Virus record (IMG/VR): IMGVR_UViG_2778261635_000005
Source of the DNA: a virus
Taxonomy: Duplodnaviria; Heunggongvirae; Uroviricota; Caudoviricetes
Direction: 5' to 3' (one strand)
DNA: 14,947 nucleotides
Numbering within the stretch: the first letter of the stretch is position 1; each line of letters starts with the position of its first letter. Shown one piece after another: positions 8,871-14,947 of the stretch. Made by a program: the position numbers and the translations under genes. The notes beneath the pieces were generated by a model. The model was given only the letters and a program-made list of their open reading frames with translations. It did no database searches and was not told where the DNA came from.

Positions 8871-8889
8871 AAAAAGCTCCCGAAGGAGC
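8871..8889 (-). terminator. Intrinsic terminator downstream of cspI
   Basis: On the minus strand GGCUCC-UUCG-GGAGC (5-bp GC-rich stem, UUCG tetraloop) followed by UUUUU. Confidence 0.45.
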
Positions 8890-9096
8890 CTTCATTTTCA
8901 CTTTTTTAAATCCAACGACAGACGGCTGGCATTTAAGTATTGTGAAATATTATCAAATGTAATCATCATTGATTTACAAAAGATACATTTTGCCCCGAAA
9001 GGATTCATGTCAGAAACATCAAAAGATGATGTTCTATACTGGGAACCATGACAACACGGGCATCTAAAGTGAATATGGTTTGTAATATTGTCTACC

Positions 9097-9309
9097 TCAA
9101 AGCGCCACTACATGAACAGCGGCAGGACCTTTAGGTCCGTTCTCAATACCAAATTCAACTTCCTGATTCTCAGTTAATGTTTTGAAATCGTTGCTCTGAA
9201 TTGCTGAGAAATGGACAAACACATCTTTGCTGCCATCTTTCGGCGTGATGAAACCAAAACCTTTTTCAGGGTTAAACCATTTCACTAAACCAGTCATTTT
9301 GTTAGACAT
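9097..9309 (-). CDS. cspI: Cold shock protein, CspA family
   Basis: 70-aa [41 protein letters not shown]... with RNP1 (KGFGFI) and RNP2 (VFVHF) motifs; AAGG RBS 7 nt upstream. Confidence 0.95.
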   Translation of the reverse strand: MSNKMTGLVKWFNPEKGFGFITPKDGSKDVFVHFSAIQSNDFKTLTENQEVEFGIENGPKGPAAVHVVAL

Positions 9310-9418
9310 AATTATTACCTTTTGAAGAAATTAGCCCTTGGGCAGAATGGTCCGAAAAAAAATATCAGAGAGAAAAACCAACAAGGAAATCTCAAGAGGT
9401 ACAAATAATAAAATTATA
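9310..9418 (-). promoter_or_regulatory. cspI promoter and 5' UTR (candidate -10 TATAAT at 9418-9413)
   Basis: Perfect TATAAT about 100 nt upstream of the cspI ATG on the minus strand; CspA-family genes typically have long 5' UTRs. No clear -35. Confidence 0.35.
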
Positions 9419-9672
9419 ACAATGACTGCTTCAGATAAATTTGTAACAAACCAGAACACCATTAACGCATGATTAACCACCCATAGCAAGGATTACTTTT
9501 GTAAAGAAAAACACAGCAATGAAAGAATAGCTTTATTTATTAATAATAACGTGTCATTCTGATTAAGACCTTTTATCTTACCCTTAAGATTTCAGGAATT
9601 TTGGCTCATGGAAGAGTCCTTTTTATTTAAATTTTACATTCCGCGATGTAAATGTTCCGATTTAATATTACC

Positions 9673-10696
<1,024 letters not shown>

Positions 10697-10700
<4 letters not shown>

Positions 10701-11008
10701 ATATATTTATGATGAGGACGCTCGTGTTTATTGGCAGGATTTTCAATCTTAAAGGAGTACTGATGCTGCAGATAAGACTCAACTTTTTCTGACAATTTTT
10801 CTGCTACTTCCAGGAAGACTTGCCGGACGCTCCTTCTGGCTGCTGCCTCATAAAACTCCAGCGCAGCTCCTTCAACACGGTCCATGGCGACATCCAGGTC
10901 AAAAATTTCACCGTCAAAGCGTTCTTTGTCCTGTAAGGCTACAGTTACCGTAACTTTATTCTCAAAATTACGGACTCCTTTCACAACCAGTTCATAGTCT
11001 TGAGTCAT
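10697..11008 (-). CDS. ydfR: DUF1327-family protein inserted between holin and lysozyme
   Basis: 103-aa ORF with GGAGAG RBS inside the end of the holin gene; its stop overlaps the lysozyme start (ATGA). Confidence 0.8.
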
Positions 11009-11012
11009 TGGA

Positions 11013-11228
11013 TTACTCTCCTCTCGCAGCCTTACGCCTGTCTTCTTTAATCTTGAAATAAAGATTTGTCAGATACGTCAGCAGGCCAAAAACCAGGCTA
11101 CCCAGCACACCGATTGCAGCCCACTGTGACGGAGTTACTTTATCGAGTAACTGCAATGCCCAGAAACCAGCATTACCCGCCGATGTGCCATAGGCAACAC
11201 CTGTTGTTAACTTATCCATTGATTTCAT
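11013..11228 (-). CDS. essQ: Class II holin, phage 21 S-type pinholin with dual start (MKSM...)
   Basis: Track ORF 11013..11303; the in-frame ATG at 11228 gives 71-aa [71 protein letters not shown], near-identical in layout to recalled S21 (two TMDs, dual Met starts). Confidence 0.85.
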   Translation of the reverse strand: MKSMDKLTTGVAYGTSAGNAGFWALQLLDKVTPSQWAAIGVLGSLVFGLLTYLTNLYFKIKEDRRKAARGE

Positions 11229-11447
11229 ATCCTCACCCCGATGTACACGGATGGTGCAATATGTTTGAAAAGATCGGAGTCTACGGGGTAGTTTTGACAG
11301 CACACGCTGTTCTCAACGGCGCTAAAGAAACATACACATTAAAAATGTGAGTAATTATTTTGAAAGAAAGTCATATATAAAATAATAATACGAGAAATGT
11401 TTTCATATTTAGTGTACTGTATACGGCCATTTATACAGGAAAAGCCT

Positions 11448-11618
11448 ATGTCAGAACGTAAAGACTCAAAATCACGCCGTAATTATCTCGTTAAATGTTC
11501 CTGCCCAAACTGCACCCAAGAGTCAGAACACAGTTTTTCAAGAGTACAAAAAGGTGCCCTTTTGATCTGCCCTCATTGCAACAAAGTATTCCAGACAAAT
11601 CTTAAAGCTGTAGCCTGA
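11448..11618 (+). CDS. Small zinc-ribbon protein (56 aa)
   Basis: In-frame ATG within track ORF 11397..11618 with AGGAAAAG RBS 7 nt upstream; product MSERKDSKSRRNYLVKCSCPNCTQESEHSFSRVQKGALLICPHCNKVFQTNLKAVA carries CxxC...CxxC. Oriented against the late operon. Confidence 0.5.
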   Translation: MSERKDSKSRRNYLVKCSCPNCTQESEHSFSRVQKGALLICPHCNKVFQTNLKAVA

Positions 11619-11670
11619 TTGATTTTATTAGTAACAAGTATTTTTTATATTTTAATAATATATTTAAAGC

Positions 11671-11699
11671 AGATAATAAAAAACCCGCCTGAGCGGGTT
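11671..11699 (-). terminator. Strong intrinsic terminator ending the cspB transcript region
   Basis: Minus strand AAACCCGC-UCAG-GCGGGUUU stem followed by UUUUAUUAU; about 280 nt downstream of the cspB stop. Confidence 0.6.
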
Positions 11700-11981
11700 T
11701 GAGATTGTGGTGCTTTTTGTGGGAGTCATCCACTTACGCACTTTGTTTTGCCATGCCAGCAGTTAGCTTCTGCTGTAAAACTATTCATGCAGCAAACCTG
11801 CACTTCACCACAATGGTTAGCATACTTTTCCTGATTAAGATTTTGCCAAATATGCTGGCCATTGTTTCATGTATTGGACCTCCTTAATTTTTATTAAAGA
11901 AATCCAATATTCACTACTCTGTCCGTATCTCTACTCAGGCATCAGCCTTCTTCGTTATCGTATACAGACGAGCGATGAATT

Positions 11982-12197
11982 TTAATCAGTAATGATGACA
12001 TTTGCTGCTGCAGGACCTTTAGCACCACTCTCTATAGAGAAGGTAACCTTTTGACCTTCAAATAAGGTTCGATAATTATCATTCTGAATCGCAGAAAAAT
12101 GCACAAACACATCTTTACTACCATCAACAGGAGAAATAAAGCCGAAACCTTTATCAGCGTTAAACCATTTTACTAAACCAGTCATTTTATTTGACAT
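11982..12197 (-). CDS. cspB: Cold shock protein, CspA family
   Basis: 71-aa [41 protein letters not shown]... with RNP motifs; AAGGA RBS 7 nt upstream. Confidence 0.95.
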   Translation of the reverse strand: MSNKMTGLVKWFNADKGFGFISPVDGSKDVFVHFSAIQNDNYRTLFEGQKVTFSIESGAKGPAAANVIITD

Positions 12198-12360
12198 TCT
12201 ACATTCCTTAACTTGAGCCTTTCGGCATAAATGGTTTGCATAACAGAAACGACTTCGTACTTAATTGGAGAGACTCAAAGAAGGAATAAGTGAATAACAC
12301 CTGAAATGAGAACTGCTTTAGTAAACTACTTCGTATATCGTCTGTTCTTCAAACCGACGC
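12198..12360 (-). promoter_or_regulatory. cspB promoter and long 5' UTR (candidate -10 TTAATG near 12359-12354)
   Basis: About 150-nt leader between a cspA-like -10 (TTAATG, preceded by TTGCTT at about 18 bp) and the ATG; consistent with the long 5' UTRs of cold-inducible csp genes. Confidence 0.35.
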
Positions 12361-12497
12361 AATCATTAACGCATAGTTGAACATATGAAGCAATGTTTAT
12401 TTTAGACATCCAGCCATCTTCAACCCCATCAAAAAACTATAGCTTTCTTCAGGAACGTGTGTATAGTGCGCCAAGTTATCAGTATTAAGGAATTTTT

Positions 12498-12710
12498 TTG
12501 TCCCGTAAAATGACAGGAATTGTCAAAACCTTTGACGGCAAAAGCGGCAAGGGTCTTATCACCCCATCCGATGGTCGTATCGATGTCCAGCTTCATGTTT
12601 CAGCGCTCAATCTCCGCGATGCAGAAGAAATTACCACCGGATTACGCGTGGAATTTTGCCGGATAAATGGTCTGCGTGGCCCTTCAGCTGCCAATGTTTA
12701 CCTTTCATGA
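12498..12710 (+). CDS. cspF: Cold shock protein homolog, CspA family
   Basis: 70-aa track [43 protein letters not shown]...; initiates at TTG with AAGGA 7 nt upstream; divergent from cspB. Confidence 0.9.
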
Positions 12711-12764
12711 GCTATATTAAAGCTTTAATTTCAGGCCCCATCGGATCACACATGGAGAGTTTTT

Positions 12765-12854
12765 ATGAATAACCCCGTCTGTCTTGATGACTGGTTGATT
12801 GGCTTTAAAAGCTTATGCTGTACTTTGGCCGTAATAGCTCTGCTAATAATATAA
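12765..12854 (+). CDS. Candidate small hydrophobic peptide (29 aa)
   Basis: ATG at 12765 with GGAGAG RBS (7-nt spacer); product [29 protein letters not shown]. Below the track cutoff; speculative. Confidence 0.2.
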
Positions 12855-13002
12855 TAAGCAGACTCATTGTGTTTAGGGACATTGTACTGGAAGAAAACAT
12901 TTTAAACATCAGGCAAATAACCAAGTCACCAGCTAAATAATAAGTTAACAGACATGAGTCCCGGGATGAGATTCAACATTACCATTGCCCCATTTAAAGC
13001 AC

Positions 13003-13038
13003 AAAACCCGCTCATCAGCGGGTTTTCTACTTTTTCTT
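13003..13038 (+). terminator. Intrinsic terminator (plus strand); the same hairpin may act as an early terminator for the minus-strand late promoter
   Basis: AAAACCCGC-TCATCA-GCGGGTTTT stem followed by CTACTTTTTCTT on the plus strand. Confidence 0.5.
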
Positions 13039-13071
13039 AACGTCGGGTATACAAAGCCCATCGTTGAAAAA

Positions 13072-13100
13072 ATTTTATCCATATTTTTTGAAAAATGCAA
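13072..13100 (-). promoter_or_regulatory. Candidate late promoter (pR'-like) immediately downstream of Q
   Basis: Minus strand TTGCAT - 17 bp - TAAAAT located 30-60 nt after the Q stop codon, the position of pR'/qut in lambdoid phages. Confidence 0.3.
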
Positions 13101-13131
13101 ACATCATGTCGCCATCTTCAGCAAAAATCAT

Positions 13132-13884
13132 TTATCTCGTCACCTTCCTCAATTGCGCTTCCGCGTATGCTTCTTCCTGCCAGCACTTTGTTACCAGTTT
13201 ACCAATGACGTCCGCATACCCCTTATACCACTGATAATCGGTCAGGTCTGGTACCAGCTTCTGGACATGACGTCGTGCCAGCGTGGTCGGTAAACGACTA
13301 AACCGGTTTCCATTACAACGCCCACAAATCTTATATACCGGTACGCCATGAAACCGGGTTCTTTTTTCATCCAGAACAATCCCTTTCCCCTTACACCCTC
13401 TGCACGCTGTGCTGACTTCGCCCTTACCATGGCAATGCTGACATAGTTCCTTCACCCATTCTTCCTTGATTACAGATTCCCCGCGTCTGTAGTGTTTCAC
13501 CACTTCGCGCAATACATAATAAAATCCCGTACCTGAACAATGCTCACAGCGAGCCTTACTTGCCGCAGACCTGGAGTAATCAGCAAAGGCAAAACTCACG
13601 AGGTAAGGAATAATCTGTAACCGGATTTCTTCACTCAATTTGTTCAATGTCGGGTTATCCAGTGCCATCGCGTAATTTAGCAGGCCTTCAATCGCAAACT
13701 GAGGGTCCTGAACACCAACTTTTGCCAGAAATAAGGCCAACCCAAGTGGTGCTTTCGACTGCACCATCCCCTGCGCTGCCATTACATCCGTAATTGTTAA
13801 ACAACCGGTGCCTGTCGCTGGAGCGTCATCGCTCAATTTTGGAGATTTTGGGGAGTAATATTTTGGTAAGGCTTCAAGGTTCAT
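13132..13884 (-). CDS. quuQ: Late-gene antiterminator Q (zinc-binding Q family)
   Basis: 250-aa ORF with Cys clusters CEHCSGTG, CQHCHGKG, CRGCKGKG, CGRC; located directly upstream of the lysis region as in lambdoid phages. Confidence 0.9.
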   Translation of the reverse strand: MNLEALPKYYSPKSPKLSDDAPATGTGCLTITDVMAAQGMVQSKAPLGLALFLAKVGVQDPQFAIEGLLNYAMALDNPTLNKLSEEIRLQIIPYLVSFAFADYSRSAASKARCEHCSGTGFYYVLREVVKHYRRGESVIKEEWVKELCQHCHGKGEVSTACRGCKGKGIVLDEKRTRFHGVPVYKICGRCNGNRFSRLPTTLARRHVQKLVPDLTDYQWYKGYADVIGKLVTKCWQEEAYAEAQLRKVTR

Positions 13885-13897
13885 GCTCGTTCTCCAC

Positions 13898-14947
13898 TTA
13901 CGCCAGTACGCCAGTTGCCAGCGCGCGATCGATAAAACGAAATATCAGCTCCAGTTGGGAGCCATACTTCTCTTCAAATGCCACTGTATTCGTATGCAGC
14001 TCGTTGTGATGCTTTCTGCACAAAGGCAACACAAAGAGATCATGTGCTTTTGTTCCCATTCCGCCCTGCCCGTGACCAATCAGATGATGCGGATCGTCGG
14101 CTGGCATACCGCAGCAAGCACACGGCTGTGTCTTAACCCAACGAGTGTATTTCTCCTTAACCCAGCGGCGACGTTTAGGCAGCTTCATGAAAGATTCCGG
14201 AGACTCTGGATCAACGGTGATGCTTACCACCGTCTTTTCCTGTGGTGGTTTTTGTTGCTGGTGGGCGTAAGGCAACGGTGCAAGATTTTTTGTGCGTTGT
14301 TTCAATATGCTGGTGGCGGTCTGCTCTCCCGGTACGATGTCGCTTTCGCGGTACACCGAGCAGATTTTTTCCGCTGGTAATCCCAGCGAACGACGCGATA
14401 CAGCCTCAGGTAGTGCATCCACCACCTGATTGCAGACCGCCCACCAGGATAATTCAGCCAAAGATAATTCCCGCTCCTGCGTACCGCTTATTGCGTGACG
14501 GATGACGTCAATCACCCATGCTGTCAGATTTTGTTGAGCAAGCAGTTCCAGTGATTCCGATGTCTGGTCACGCAGTTGGTTGTCGCAGTGCCAGCACAAC
14601 ACCATTGCGCCGGTACCATAACGGTGAATGACTGTTTCAGTGTGATGGTAATCGCCATTAGGCCACTGGCAGGATGTAACATGACGTAATAGCCAGTCAG
14701 ACAATGCGCCAACGCCGCCAGCAGCACGAATCACCCGTTCGTTACTAAAAAACGGCAGCAATGTTTTGTCTTCCGCCAGCGGCTGGCGAACGGCAGGAAC
14801 GACTCCGGATGGCAGATTACGCATGCTTTTTGGTTCCGGTTCCACCAGCACTCGAGGATTATGAAATATCTGTATGGATTCACGGCCCGGCTTAAGGACC
14901 ACCAGCCCAAGCTCAGGCACCAGAACAGGTCTAAGTAATACCCGCAC
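13898..14947 (-). CDS. ydfU: nin-region protein (DUF968-like) with C-terminal HNH-like motif
   Basis: 349-aa ORF whose first codon (GTG) coincides with the window edge, so the true start may lie outside the window. C-terminal CACCG...DPHHL...LCRKHHNELH resembles an HNH/zinc-finger nuclease motif. Confidence 0.7.
   Translation of the reverse strand: MRVLLRPVLVPELGLVVLKPGRESIQIFHNPRVLVEPEPKSMRNLPSGVVPAVRQPLAEDKTLLPFFSNERVIRAAGGVGALSDWLLRHVTSCQWPNGDYHHTETVIHRYGTGAMVLCWHCDNQLRDQTSESLELLAQQNLTAWVIDVIRHAISGTQERELSLAELSWWAVCNQVVDALPEAVSRRSLGLPAEKICSVYRESDIVPGEQTATSILKQRTKNLAPLPYAHQQQKPPQEKTVVSITVDPESPESFMKLPKRRRWVKEKYTRWVKTQPCACCGMPADDPHHLIGHGQGGMGTKAHDLFVLPLCRKHHNELHTNTVAFEEKYGSQLELIFRFIDRALATGVLA

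Noticed and set aside
8643-9051. Plus-strand ORFs 8643..8909 and 8842..9051
   Set aside because: Antisense to the ynfN-like gene and spanning the cspI terminator; no RBS; compositionally unlike neighbouring genes.
11699-11887. Plus-strand 62-aa ORF downstream of the zinc-ribbon gene
   Set aside because: Starts at a TTG inside the terminator stem; internal ATG lacks an RBS. Hydrophobicity is noted in the findings but is not enough to call a gene.
12985-14727. ORFs 12985..13293, 13242..13430, 13794..14009, 13883..14380, 14242..14505, 14524..14727 overlapping quuQ and ydfU
   Set aside because: Alternative-frame or antisense ORFs within two well-supported minus-strand CDSs.

Overview
This window reads as the late-gene end of a defective lambdoid prophage of the E. 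coli K-12 Qin type, with the phage late direction on the minus strand. No convincing new defence or other undescribed system was found; the main points of interest are a terminase/tail-fibre fusion ORF, a retained lambda-like cos site, a phage-21-type lysis cassette with an inserted DUF1327 gene, and several small ORFs and structured RNA segments. From high to low coordinate the window holds: a nin-region gene with an HNH-like C-terminus (ydfU), antiterminator Q (quuQ), a divergent cspF/cspB cold-shock pair, the lysis cassette (pinholin essQ, ydfR, lysozyme rrrQ, Rz/Rz1 spanins), a cargo island (cspI, a ynfN-like gene, gnsB, ydfO), the cos site, a Nu1-like small terminase, a 726-aa ORF fusing a gpA-like large terminase N-terminus to a side-tail-fibre C-terminus, tfaQ, a convergent serine recombinase (pinQ), ydfK, and a 5'-truncated MFS transporter gene (ydfJ) at the junction. 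No tRNA, rRNA, CRISPR array or IS element was recognised. All family and homology statements come from recalled sequences and motifs, not from a database search. Coordinates of hand-called small ORFs and hairpins may be off by 1-2 nt; coordinates taken from the ORF track are used as given.
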